Part shown: piece after piece, positions 1 through 21,665 of the stretch
How the letters are laid out: each line of letters begins with the position of its first letter
How positions within the stretch are numbered: position 1 is the stretch's first letter
Source: Callorhinchus milii
Lineage: Eukaryota
DNA: 64,000 bases
Assembly (NCBI RefSeq): GCF_018977255.1
Contig: NW_024704749.1
Location: 17,856,001 to 17,920,000 of the forward strand
Reading direction: 5' to 3'
Notes under the pieces: generated by a model
Database searches by the model: none
The model's input: only the letters and a program-made list of their open reading frames with translations
Told to the model about the DNA's origin: nothing
Position numbers and translations under genes: made by a program

Positions 1-3000
1 AGTGGGACAGAACTGGTGAGAGAACTCAGTGCTGTATGGGTCACTACCTCTGTCGAACATTTCAACACGTAACCACCTTCTACACCTGCTACGAATACGG
101 TCTGGTCCCAGTGAGAGAAAGAGAGAGCGGTCACACCAACTGGAGTCTCTCCGCGAGCCTGTGGGCGAGTTAAAGATAAAATACAAAAGAAAGGATGAAG
201 GTAATTTCTACAAAAACACACATGCAGACAGAAAGTGAAATCCTTTCCTTGGAAGAGGGATTGCTGAAGCTGTGCAGTTACACAGAAACATGTTGGAGGT
301 TGGATTGTAGCCAATTTCAGAACCAATCCTATCCAGTAGATTAAGTGCCTCTGCAGGATGATGAACACAGGGCAGATTGGTTAAACCCACATCAATTATT
401 GAGATAACCCAGATCACCATTATCAGTGACAGAGATATTGCTCATACCCCAGCCCTCAATTTAATAAGTTATTTTTCCCTAATAGGTACTTTGTCCACCA
501 CTAAGTATCTCTTCCCCAGCTGCTCTTAAACTAAATACAAGAGCCGCATACCAGCTGAATGATACTCAGATTTCTCCTCCGAGGCAACATCCAGTTGGCA
601 AAGATTAGGAATGTGGGTGGAAATCACATAAGCAAACACACATCCCACTGCTCTCTGCTGCAATACCACGCTCTGCACTGCTCTGTTATGGGACTGAGTC
701 TTTCAGTCTCAGAGCATAAACTCTGTAATAATAGTAGATGAAGTTCAGGTTGTTGGTCAGGGTACAAATAAGGTAGCAAAGTAACCCAATTTAAGGGAGT
801 GTAAATTACAAACACGGGTATTGTAGAATTGTACAATTTAAAAGCCCCAAAGGTTACAACATGAGCACAAAGAAGCTGAATACAGCTGCTGCTCAGGGCG
901 ACACCCTCGAGTGTATTGAAGTCACAGTAAAACAAAGAGCTGAGTGGGTTAGAGACCGGCTTTTCTTCTGTTTGTAACCAGATGAAGACATGTTCCTCTG
1001 GACAGCACACATTCCTCCTGAAAGGCATGTCATGTTGGGCTATACTCTTACTCCCAATTTTTCATTGTGTGTGACCTCAAACAGTGAGTAAGGGCAGAAT
1101 ATTCCCCTGCATGAAGGGCATCATTGGCAAGCCTAACAACAACAACCTGCACTATGCCGCCACCCAGGGAAGTGTCGCAGAGCGCTTAGCAGAAGATGGC
1201 TTCTCCCTGGACCAATTCTCATGTAGGCCCATCCCTGAAACCTCTCTCTCTTTCTGATACTCGTTCTTTCCATCGTTTCTCTTGCTGTTCCCAATGCTCA
1301 GAATAAACTATTGCTGCACAAATATAAGCTTTAGACCTTTACCTGCTTTTAAGCTACAGTTAATAATTAGGGCCCAACTGGGGGGGATGGGGGGGAAGAA
1401 AGTATCAGGCGAATAGGGACCTGGAACATGCTGGAGAGGCAGCGACTGAACCTCTGATACACGGACTTGAAAGCAACAACAACAAATTATTTACAGTACA
1501 AACGCCACTGACCTTGTTTAGCTTCACGTTTCGTGGCATCTCCTGGACAATCAGAGCGTATCCGTCCTGCACCGTGAGCCTGCCTCGCGCATCCATCTGC
1601 CAGATCAGAATCTTCCCGTCGGTGCTGGCACTCAGGACACGCACCCGATTGTTGCGGCCCGAGCTCGGAATCCATCGCACCTGTAAACACACAAATAAAT
1701 ATGTCCGTGCTTCCTTGAAGAGCTCAAAATTTTATTTTTTTTAAATAAATTGTTCCTATTTTTCCTTCCAATTTTCCATCCTCATCTCAAAGCAGTGAAT
1801 AGCGTTTGGGCTTTGCTCCACAAGCATCAGGACCCTCCAACATCTCACCAAAGTGGCCTTTCATCAAATGTTTGCCTGGATAGTGACATGTTACTCCACC
1901 TTGAGAGGCAAGAGCTTCCTGACTCACACTTTTCCCAGCAGGTGGTCAACTGATATTGATCGGATACTCTCAAGCTTTTGACTACTCTTAAAGCACGCTG
2001 ATGCTTAACAATATTGAATAGGGAGCAGGAACGCTTCCTGAGTTTTCCCAGTTCAGAAGCACTGAGGCCAATTGTAGCCCCAGGATTGCTGCTACAACCA
2101 AGGTTAGCAGATCCAGCTAGACTAATAGTCCTTCCTGGTTTGGCCAGCATAAAACAAAAGGTGAGGTGCAACCTTTTATGCCACTACAAAGTCAGGTTGG
2201 TGCCTATGGACCCAGCATCCACACACCCAAACCCTTTACCAATTCCTTTCAACACCACTCAGCAGCTCATTACAACCAGCTTTAGAAATGCCAGCAATTT
2301 ACTAAAGGTCAGTCACACCTGCTTAGCTGAAACTGCTGTGAAAGCACAACAGTCAAACTCTAATCTGTAAATAATAATGGTCTTCAGTTCTACTAAGGGT
2401 GTCATTATGTCAGGAGTACTGATAGTAATTATATCATGTGAAGATTGGTTTCATCAAAGGCCTGCTTAGGCAGTCAGTGCTGTTCACTGGTGGGACTGCT
2501 GATTGGATTGGCAGATTGCCAGTGAGATAGAGGAATATTCCTCTGCTCATAAAATGGCCAATTCTTACAGAAGGGAAACCTGCTCCCTCTGTGTCACTTG
2601 CCCTATGGCTTTTATTTTGTTTCAAAATGTTTGCGGCGAGAAATTCAGATTGGACTTTGAAGTTGTTTTTCTGCAGTTATAGAATCATAAAATATTACAG
2701 TGCAGGAGGCCATTCTTAAGTGAACTTACACAAAATTTGCTTGAAAATTAAGACTGTATTTAACAACTTGTCAAATTCTGGATGCTCTGCAATGCTCCAT
2801 AAACAGCATAAATCGAGACACGGTGGAATTTCTCCCCATCAATTATTACAACAGAAGGTAAATAGCAGCTTCAGCCCCTGGTGTGTGCCTAGACAGCTGA
2901 TTTAAGCCAGGGAGTTAGTGTTAGTTTCATGTGTCCTCAGCTCTGAGGTTTGGGGTCAGCCAGGTGCCATTCTGAAACCCACACTTAAGAGGATCCAAAC

Positions 3001-5630
3001 CTGATATGCTTAGAAATGTCCTTGTCTGAAATGGAGTGTGATCTTTCTCTCTTTCCTTTGGAGGGACACACCCTACTTAACCAATCCCAGGAAATATTAG
3101 TTGTATGTCTGCAAGAGCCAAGGCTTGGGGACCCCAGAGAGTGCATTAGTTAGGGGACTGCTGGAGTTTAACTCACTAAAACTGTGCAGCTTTCCATTAT
3201 GAACACTGTCTAGCAACCTTCCTGCTACTTGTCCAATTAGGACCACCCATTAGCGCTTTGGCTTCCAGAGTTAACAGGAGCCATATAGGAAGAATCCCTG
3301 CCTACAAACAGTGGGGGGGGGGGAGAGAGTGGAAATCATCTGAATTGAAGGTGTGCATGTGTTGTGCAGGTAGACAATAATCTCCTGATACTACTCAAAA
3401 AGAGAAGAGAGATTCTTCTGGCTTCCTAACCTGAAATTGGTCATTCACTTCATGCTGTTTGTGGGACCTTGCTGCGTGCATAATGTCACTGTACGTGCTA
3501 ACAATTGCTAAACCTGAGACATTTTGAGGTTATAGATATTGTATCAGTCGCAAGATTACAAGCAGGATAGGGTCTGCTGAATAACCTGTGAACACACACA
3601 CTCCAAGCTCAGAAGTGTGATGACAGGCTAGCAGTGCCAAGGAGCCGCATCGTGGAGGAGGAGGAGGAGAGCAGCAAAGAGGATTCAAGAGGAGAGCAGC
3701 AGGGAAGATACAAAACATTGCAGGTACAGAGGGCAGCCAGCATGTCTAACTATCGCATCAAGGTGACAGACCTGGAGAATCTATCACTTACCTGATAGAC
3801 AGGTTCGCGATGGGTATCTTCAGACATTCCTGATCTGGCAATTAATGGGTCGTCCATTTTGCTGGTGTTCCAAACTAAAATCTCTCCATTATATAGACTA
3901 CCTATAGAACAAAAACAAATCTTATTTTTCTATATTCCATTAATTTTGTACTACAAACAATTCAACCATGTGCGTCTTTCTCAGGACACTACATTCTTCT
4001 GCACTTGTTGTGCCGAGGATTACAGGATCTCTTCATTGTTTGTTGGAAGATGTAAAGGAGACTGATGGTGCAGCGGGCCAATATGCATAATAATAATAAT
4101 CCTTTTGATATAGCGCCTCATCACTTCATTGACGCGTCTTCACCCAGAGGGTGGTGAGGAAGATGCAATGTTTTTGTTGGAAGTAATTTTGATACTTGCA
4201 TTCAATCAGGAACTCAGAAATTATCATCGTTCCAATTTGCACCTTGCAAAGTCACTACACTTTACAGCTGTGTCCTGTCCTGTGAAGCACTTGCATACGT
4301 CCTCTTGGTGTGAATGACGTGGAATCAGTGTATCAGTGGTACATTTATTGCTCACTTGTGCAGTGCGGATATTCTACAACTCGGCAACACTGGGCACACT
4401 ATCACCCTCTACTGGCAGTAATAAGGCACTGCACGCATCTTTTCCTCAGTAACTCCGAGCTCTTTAATTTAATTTAATAAGCAGCCGTTGTCAAAAGTGA
4501 CGATAGAAATATCTGCTTAGAACTTCAATAAAAATCAGACAAAAGAAACTTTCCTTCCAGTTGTGAAGATGGTTCGCATTATTAATCTGTTGCTGCATTC
4601 TTCCCCCAAATAAAATAATAATCCTTGCTTTTGATATAGCACCTTATCGTGTCTTCCACGTGTAGAAACCCATCACCACGTTTAAGAGTATTGAAACCCA
4701 AGTTCCATGCATCCCACCGACACATGAAATTCTTGTGTATTGGAATGGAATGCATGCTCTCCTCCTGGAGAGACGCATCCTGCTCACCTAATTCCGGAGA
4801 GAATTAGGAGCAGACTGGCAAGAGAATCCCAGAGTGTGTGTTGAGGTAACTGCTGGAGCTAAAACAGCTCTTGAAAGCCCTGTCTGGCAAGCTTTTCTCG
4901 TGCTTGTGCAGATGGAGCCGCATGCTACCTAGACTACACACTTTGGCTTGCAGGGTTAACAGGAGCCGAGTGAGAAGAATCCCAGCCCCTAGTGCTCCCA
5001 AGCAGGATAGTACATTGCAATGCAAAGGGAGCACATATTACGAAAGATTGGAGAGAAGTCAGGAATGTTCTCCTTACTTCTCCACTTCTTCCAGACAATG
5101 AGCTCCAGATTAGAAATGTGCTGCGAGGAATTGAACCTCGCTGCATTCTCCTCTCCCCCACACACCACCACCAGCCTGCCATGGTTTTGCAGAAATAAGT
5201 TTCAGAAAGTCAAACCAGCGATCAAACAAGGTTCCACTGGATGAAATGCTAAGCACATGACAGCACCAGCAACGTCAATCACAATATTTGGCAGCTTTGG
5301 GTTGAGTCCTCTCCTGTCCAGATTCCATGTACACACATAGGATTTCTCGGTGCTCCAGTCTCCATCATCCAGCCTACAATACAACGACAGCGTGACCACA
5401 ACAATTAGTGCTAATCACAATACACGGAAAAGTGACAGTACTTCAAAGATGTGCATTTGTCCATTAATCCATCAGAATTGATGGGGGTTATGGTGCAAAG
5501 CATAAAGATTAATGGCTCCATAACCCTAGGTTTTATAGAAGAAACATTTCATCTTCATATAATTGCATTTTGATTGTAAATAGTTTTATCAGTGTAATGC
5601 TATTCCTTTTGAAGAGCGTTTGCAGAGACA

Positions 5631-5661
<31 letters not shown>

Positions 5662-8600
5662 GCATCCTTGTAACACTGCCCTGTTAATGTAGTGTCACTG
5701 GGATCCAGATATATATTCACATCTCTCAAATTAATTAATACAATTAAAAAATATTTTTGACTCCTAGCACTGAGGGCAAAGAGACCCTTGTAACACTGTA
5801 GTGTGGATCTAGCCGGACAAGCAAGGGGAACGCTTGCCTTCCTGATCTGTCCAGCTCAGTACCCATATTACATAGTGGATTTACCACTGAGCTATTGGAT
5901 GAGTCAGAGACCTCTTGCTAGTTAGTTGTGGTTGCTACACAAGCAGACTAGCATCTCTGGTCTATAATTACTGTACCTGCCGTATGCACAGGCGATGACG
6001 GAGCCAGTCACATTCCACGAGATGTCAGTAACCTGTAGCTGCCTCTCCACAGCTTCTGGATATTGGAGTGTGTGTAAGCACGAAACCTACAGGATTCAAA
6101 TAAAATAAAGCGCGAGACAGTTAGCGATTCGGACCCAAGCAGGGTGTTGAGATCAGGAGGGGTGGAGGGCAGGGAGGGTAGGAATAGGAGGGTGACCAAA
6201 GGCCCGGTCGAAGATGAAGGTTTTGAGACGTGCCTTGAAGGAGGCAAGGGAGGGAGAATAAAATGGAGGATAAAATTGGCAAAGGGGAAAACAATGAACA
6301 CAGTCTAGCTCTTCCTATAGCTTAGCACTGGTTTTGTGGATGGCTTCACTTGTTCAATCATCATTCATGTTAGTCAACTAGGTGTTGAAAACGCCAGGGG
6401 CATGAAATCATATGACATCACCAGTTACAACTGCAGTTTGTTATGGTTTTCAATTTGTTTTCAAGAATGGTATTATAGATGGACGCTTTATTTTCATTTA
6501 AGTGGGAACGAGCGTGACTATGGTAAAAAGAAGTCGACTCACTGGGAACTCCTTCAGTTTCTTTATCAGAATGTTATGCTCAACTGTGTCAAATGTGGGC
6601 TATTAGTTTGGCAAAATGTATGAAAAGAAATCCCGATGTCACACGGTCTTGCGTTTAATTCATTCTGCCAAGCTCAGACAATACTTGTCAATGCATCAAA
6701 AAGAAAACGATTTGGGCTCATAGGCAAAGCACTGACAATTGTCACCACCGTTTAGCCCATGCAACAGGATTGGTTGGTATATTTTCCAGCCCTTTGTGTA
6801 AAAAGGGGTTTGGTGATTGTCTTAAGACCATCAAATCCTTCATTAACCCTTTCTTTGAGCATTCACTGCCAATGTAGACAAGGGAATGTAGACACAAACA
6901 TCTCCTGGCAAGTTTCACGTACATTCAGTATTAAAAATAATAAGGTTTAAATTAAATCGCTGCTTACGAGTCAGCTTTAGTTAGATACAGGTCCCAGTTT
7001 ATTTTCTGTTTTAAATCCTCTTTTAAACATGGGAGTAGTTATGCTGTTAATGGAAATGCACATTTTTTAGGATAAAAAGGCTGGAAAATCCAGACCTCAG
7101 ACACCTTTACAATGAAGCCCTCTAAACCAGTGAGCTGCACAATGTACCTCTGGGTGCCAGCGCAAAGTAAGCAGACCCATGTGGAGTAAGGAAACTTGCC
7201 TACGGTTTCAACTTGCCTGGGAATTGAACTCGAGCTTTCTTGCTTGCGAGGCGAGCGTGCTAACTACTAAACTACAGGACTCCACGATGGCTTCGTTATG
7301 TCCAGTCCAGACATACGGAGAAGAGAATTTACAGTGTACTTGCATGCACTGTCACAAGCCTATCGGCAGAGTGAGCAGTGCTCCGACATACAGGGGCAGA
7401 TCAATTACAGTAGCAGTTGGTTTGAGTTATCTTTGGAGTTGGGCCAAAAAACAGTTGTAAGTGATCTGCAAAACCAAATACTGTGCTGGGATTGAAAAAG
7501 TTGGCAAAAGAGAACTGTGTAAGGCCTGGGTGACCTTAGGTATAATGATGCAGGACAGTTTGTGTTGTGTATATAACATATAAAAAGTTACCAGCTCAAG
7601 GCTTCCTAGTAGACCAGGAGATAAAAGCACCAAGTCACAGAGATCTGAAACACACAGATCTATTTCTGAGTTGAATTAGATTATTTTAGTTAGGATGCTC
7701 CAACTGCCCTGAGAGCCTCTGGGTTGGGAGAGCAAAAATATAAATAATAATAATAATAATAATAATCCTTGCATTTGATATAGCGCTTTTCACGTCGGGA
7801 GGACGTCCCAAAGCGCTTCACAGAACACACTGTAAAGTGAATTGACTGTATATTTGTGGGCGAACGCGGCAGCCAATTGCGCACAGCAATGTCCCACAAA
7901 CAGTCGTAGATTGAAAATGACCAATTTATTATTGTTTTTGGTTTTGGAGGGATTATTATTAGGCTCTGTGTGGAGTAAGGAAACTTGCCCGAGGTTTCGC
8001 CCTCTGCCTGGAATTGAACTCAGGTCTCTCACTTGCAAAGCGAGTGCTCTAACCACTGAGCTACAGGACTCCACCTATGTTCAATACATAAATATATGAA
8101 GAAACATGCCTCTTATGCAAGATGCTGTAGGCTACAATACTGTGTACAAATGCTCCATCAATCAATATTGCAGACGTTATTCTGCATTAACGCACTATGT
8201 AAGTGCAACGTCCCTGGAATGGTATTCCCTGCAAATAGCATCTGTTGTCATGCTGTATTTTCAAAAGTGCAGGACCTTGCTAACATTGGCAAAAGTGGGC
8301 AAAACACATTGAGGGATCCTCAAACACTTCCAATTCAAAAGAAAACCTAATAAATCTACAGATGCCGGCTTGGGTCTATTGGCGGCAATTTCATCTCAGT
8401 GTCAAGAAGGCTGTGGGTTCAAAACCCCACATTGGGATTTGGTATCACATAGTCTAAGATGACAATTTAATGCAGTGCTGCGAGTGGGGGAAGTGGGTGC
8501 TGTATTGTCAGAGGTGTCATCCTTTGAGTGAGACGTTAGACCAAGGTCCCATCTGCCTGTGGATGTTAAAGATCCCATGGCACTATTCGAAACGAATAAG

Positions 8601-10089
8601 TTATTTTCTCCCGGGGCCTTGGCCAACAATCCTCCCAAAATAAAATTGGTCTGTTTTATGAGCTGTTTGTGGGACATTGCTGTGCACAAACCGGCTGCCG
8701 CGTTTCACCCACAAAATAATAATAATACACAGCAAATCCACTTTACATTACATCCTGTTGAGATGTCTCAACGAATTGACAAATAAAATACAAGGATTAT
8801 TATTCTTGCTCCTGCTAGCGCTAATAGTATAATAATAATCCTTGCATTTGACGTCGCGCTTTCCACGTCCTCTCGACGTCTTCGAGCGCTTCGCAGAAAA
8901 CGCTGCAAGGTGAATCGGCCGCATATTTGCGCACGGCCAACTGCGCACAGCAGCGTCCGCCCCACAAACCAATCCATTATTATTATTATCATTATTATCG
9001 GTTTGACGCGTTACGGGCGCCGCGGCGTTACATCGCATGCGAGGATTGCAATAGCAACAACATAACATCACCACCACAACAACAATCCTCACATTTGATG
9101 CAGCGCCTTATCGCGTCTTCGAGGCGCCTCAAAGCGTGAAGTGAACTGCACGTTTGGTCGTCTGCTTTTTTTTTGTTTTAACGACACACACACTCCCGCG
9201 GCGGGGAGGGGAGGGGAGGGGGGGATGGATGCCTTTGCGAGTGGCAAAAGGGATGGTCGTTGTGTCGTCGTTGTTGTTGTTTGTTTTGCTTTTTGTTTTG
9301 TTGTGTTTGTTGTCGTCGTTTGTTTTGTTGCGTTTGTGGTCGTCGTCGTCGTGTTGTTGTTGGTGTTGTTGCGTGTGTTGCCGTCGTTTGTTTGGCTTTT
9401 TGTTTTGCTGTGTTTTTGTGGTTGTCGTCGTCGTCGTCGTTTGTTTTGTTGCGTTCGTTGTTGTCGTCGTCGTCGTCGTCGTTTGTTTTGTTGCGTTCGT
9501 TGTCGTCGTTTGTTTGGCTTTTTGTTTGGCTGTGTTTTTTTTGTGTGGTGGTCGTCGTTTGTTGTGTTGTGTTTTGGGGGGGTGGGGGGGGGTGGGGTGG
9601 TGGTCGTGGGGGGGGTGGTGGTCGTGGGGGGGGGGGTGCGTGGGGGGGGGGGGTGCGTGGGGGGTGGTTCTCTTTTTTTCGGCCAAAGGGAGCCGGAAAA
9701 CTCACAGTTCGAGGGTGGTCGACCCAGTTGACTTCAAAGCCGTCGAAAGCGTGGCTCCGGACATTTTTATTTAACTCTTTGATCACGAGGCCCTCCACCC
9801 GCATGAGAAAGCGGGCCAGACCCGGCGGGTCGATGGCCGCCGAGCCGAGCGGGCTCGGACCGGAGGGCCACTGCTGCGGCGGCGGCGGCGGCGGCTGCTC
9901 CTCCCCCTCCTCCTGCTGTCGCCGTTCGACCTGTTCGGTCTGCGTGCTGACCTCCGCGACGCGCCGTACCTGCACCGAGGCCTCGGCGCGCCGGACCGCC
10001 GCCGTCTGGCAAACTGCGTCACGCAGCTGAGGCGCTTCCCTCCACCGCGACTCCAGCGCCACGGCCTCGAGCTGCTCGTCGGCGAACAT
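1..10089 (-). CDS. WDR34: WD repeat protein 34 / cytoplasmic dynein-2 intermediate chain 2; first six coding exons, 3' part runs off the window
   Basis: Exons (minus): 10089-9706, 6086-5977, 5373-5216, 3901-3792, 1680-1513, 158-<1. All junctions are GT-AG with consistent phases. Translation: [16 protein letters not shown]...VSTQTE...[18 protein letters not shown] / [10 protein letters not shown]...[15 protein letters not shown] / [23 protein letters not shown]...VMCLAFHP / ...[11 protein letters not shown] / ...[23 protein letters not shown], which I recognise as WDR34 (DYNC2I2). Confidence 0.95.
7741..8073 (-). mobile_element. Full-length tRNA-derived SINE with (TAA)n tail, young subfamily
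   Basis: Minus-strand head GGAGTCCTGTAGCTCAGTGGTTAGAGC (A box)...GAGTTCAATTCC (B box); 3' stem-loop followed by TATATCAAATGCAAGGATTATTATT. Near-identical to the copy at 14147-14401. Confidence 0.85.
8380..8700 (+). mobile_element. Deu-domain SINE (DeuSINE, SacSINE1/AmnSINE-like), decayed
   Basis: Contains GTGGATGTTAAAGATCCCATGGCACTATTCGAA...TTCTCCCGGGGCCTTGGCCAAC, resembling the Deu core. Related copies at about 26665-26880, 30990-31170, 35560-35640(-), 40110-40370(-), 56600-56840(-), 61170-61380(-). Confidence 0.7.
9260..9670. repeat. GT-rich (GTC/GTT)n low-complexity tract plus G runs in WDR34 intron 1
   Basis: Degenerate GTCGTC/GTTTT repeats; source of several spurious ORFs. Confidence 0.9.
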
Positions 10090-10920
10090 GGCCGTTGCTT
10101 GGTGTGGTTTTTTTTTGTGGTGGGGGGAAGGGGGGGAGCAGTCTCGCCCCCTCACTCACTCACACACACACTCACTCACACTCACTCACACACACATACA
10201 CGACGACGACGGTTACAAAGCAAACCCCCAAAGCGCCGCGCAGCATGAGCTCATGTCCAACGCGTCGCCATGACGACCGGCCATCCAACTGTCACCGTGC
10301 GTCGCCCGACGTCACACCCCCCCCCTCCGCCGCCGCCGCGCGCCCCCTCACTCGCGCTCGCTCTCTCTCTCTCTCTCTCCGCCCCCCCCCACTCACCCAC
10401 CTCACTCTCGCGCTCTCTCACTCTCTCTTTCCCCCCTTCCCCAACCCCCGCCCCCCCCCCCCCTCACTCACTCTCGCGACCTCTAACCGACAGCGAGTGG
10501 GCTCCGCGCCGCAGGGCGAGTGGCGCCCGCTGCGCATGCGCGCGGGCTCGCCTCCGGTCGGCGGCCGGGCCTGGGGCCGCGTGCGTGCGTGCGCGCCTGG
10601 GTTACGTAGGGGTTTGCGAGCTGACGTCGACACGTACCGCAGGCACGTAACGTGCGGGAGAGAGCGGGAGCGTGTTGGAGGGGAAACTGAGCTCGAGCTT
10701 TTTTTTTCTTGACTGTTACCCGAGAGAGGCGCGAGAGAGACCCGGAGAGAGAGAGAGACAGAGGGAGGGAGAGCGCGAGCGAGAGGAAGGGGGGAAAAAA
10801 GGAGAGGAAGAAGAAGAAGAAAAAAAAGCGCGAGGAGTCGGTCGAGGGGGCTTTCGTCTCGTCCTTTTTTTTTTCCCCCCCTTTTTTTTTTGCCTTCAAA
10901 ACACACACACAAAAAAAAAG
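10090..10920. promoter_or_regulatory. Bidirectional CpG-island promoter shared by WDR34 and SET
   Basis: CpG-dense interval between divergent ATGs (10089 and 10921). NRF1-like TGCGCATGCGCG at 10531-10542, CRE-like TGACGTC at 10622-10628, TTACGTA near 10602, BANP/Kaiso-like TCTCGCGA at 10472-10479. Confidence 0.8.
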
Positions 10921-20890
<9,970 letters not shown>

Positions 20891-21659
20891 TCAGGCTTGT
20901 GTTGAAGTTCACCTCCCCTACTTTTTTTTTCTTTAGTCCCTGGGAGCAAGTTGCTGTCTTTTTGTGCTCAGTTTTCTTGTTCTCCTGAGGTCCTTAAACC
21001 ATTATACACATATGAATCGGAATGAGTTACATGTGCAAACTACAGTGGCAATCTCTACCATTTTCCATGAACTGATGCAAATTCTCCTCCAGCCGGCTGA
21101 TCAGCACACCATCTTCTGTAGTGATGTGATTGTATTTTTTTAATTTTTATTTTAAACCCCACACCCCACCTCTCGCCTCCCTCTGCTGGAAGCCCAATTG
21201 CTTCTTTCTGCCTTTGTGCTGTGACTTAGATAAAATTGAATAGGCTTTTTTTTCCCCTTATCTGTCCTGGCCCAGAGATTACACTGTGTTTCCATGTGAT
21301 GTGGACAATTAGCAGTTACCATCAAGTCCTTGTTTCCTTCTCTCTTGTAATAAATTGGGGTGTGACTGAGACACCTGGGGTAGATGCAGACAGTTGGGTT
21401 CTAATGGGTGGGTTTGTTGGGTATTTTGAGGACGTGGCTGTACTTAGCATGTCGGTGCATTGTATATTTTTACAACATCCATGCAACCAAAGCCAAACAC
21501 TTTTAAATATTAATCGATTTGAGCCCTACAGCAGATGGAGGAACGACAGAACCTGTAGAATCTTATTGGAATCTACATTCTCTAATGTAATTTTTTGTTT
21601 CACCGGAAAGAAAAATTGCTCAGTTTTAAACGTTAAAAGTGTACAAGTTGCTTTGTTAC

Positions 21660-21665
21660 AATAAA
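21660..21665 (+). terminator. SET proximal polyadenylation signal; a distal candidate lies at 23200-23205
   Basis: AATAAA about 770 nt after the SET stop, followed by GT-rich sequence. A second AATAAA lies at 23200. Confidence 0.6.

Noticed and set aside
7995-8073. tRNA-like sequence with A and B boxes (also near 7210-7285 and 55375-55442)
   Set aside because: Each is attached to SINE body sequence, so these are SINE heads rather than tRNA genes.
9129-9774. Several 185-256 aa ORFs (Val/Cys- or Thr/Gln-rich)
   Set aside because: They translate the GT-rich simple repeat in WDR34 intron 1; the real exon ends at the GTGAG donor at 9705.
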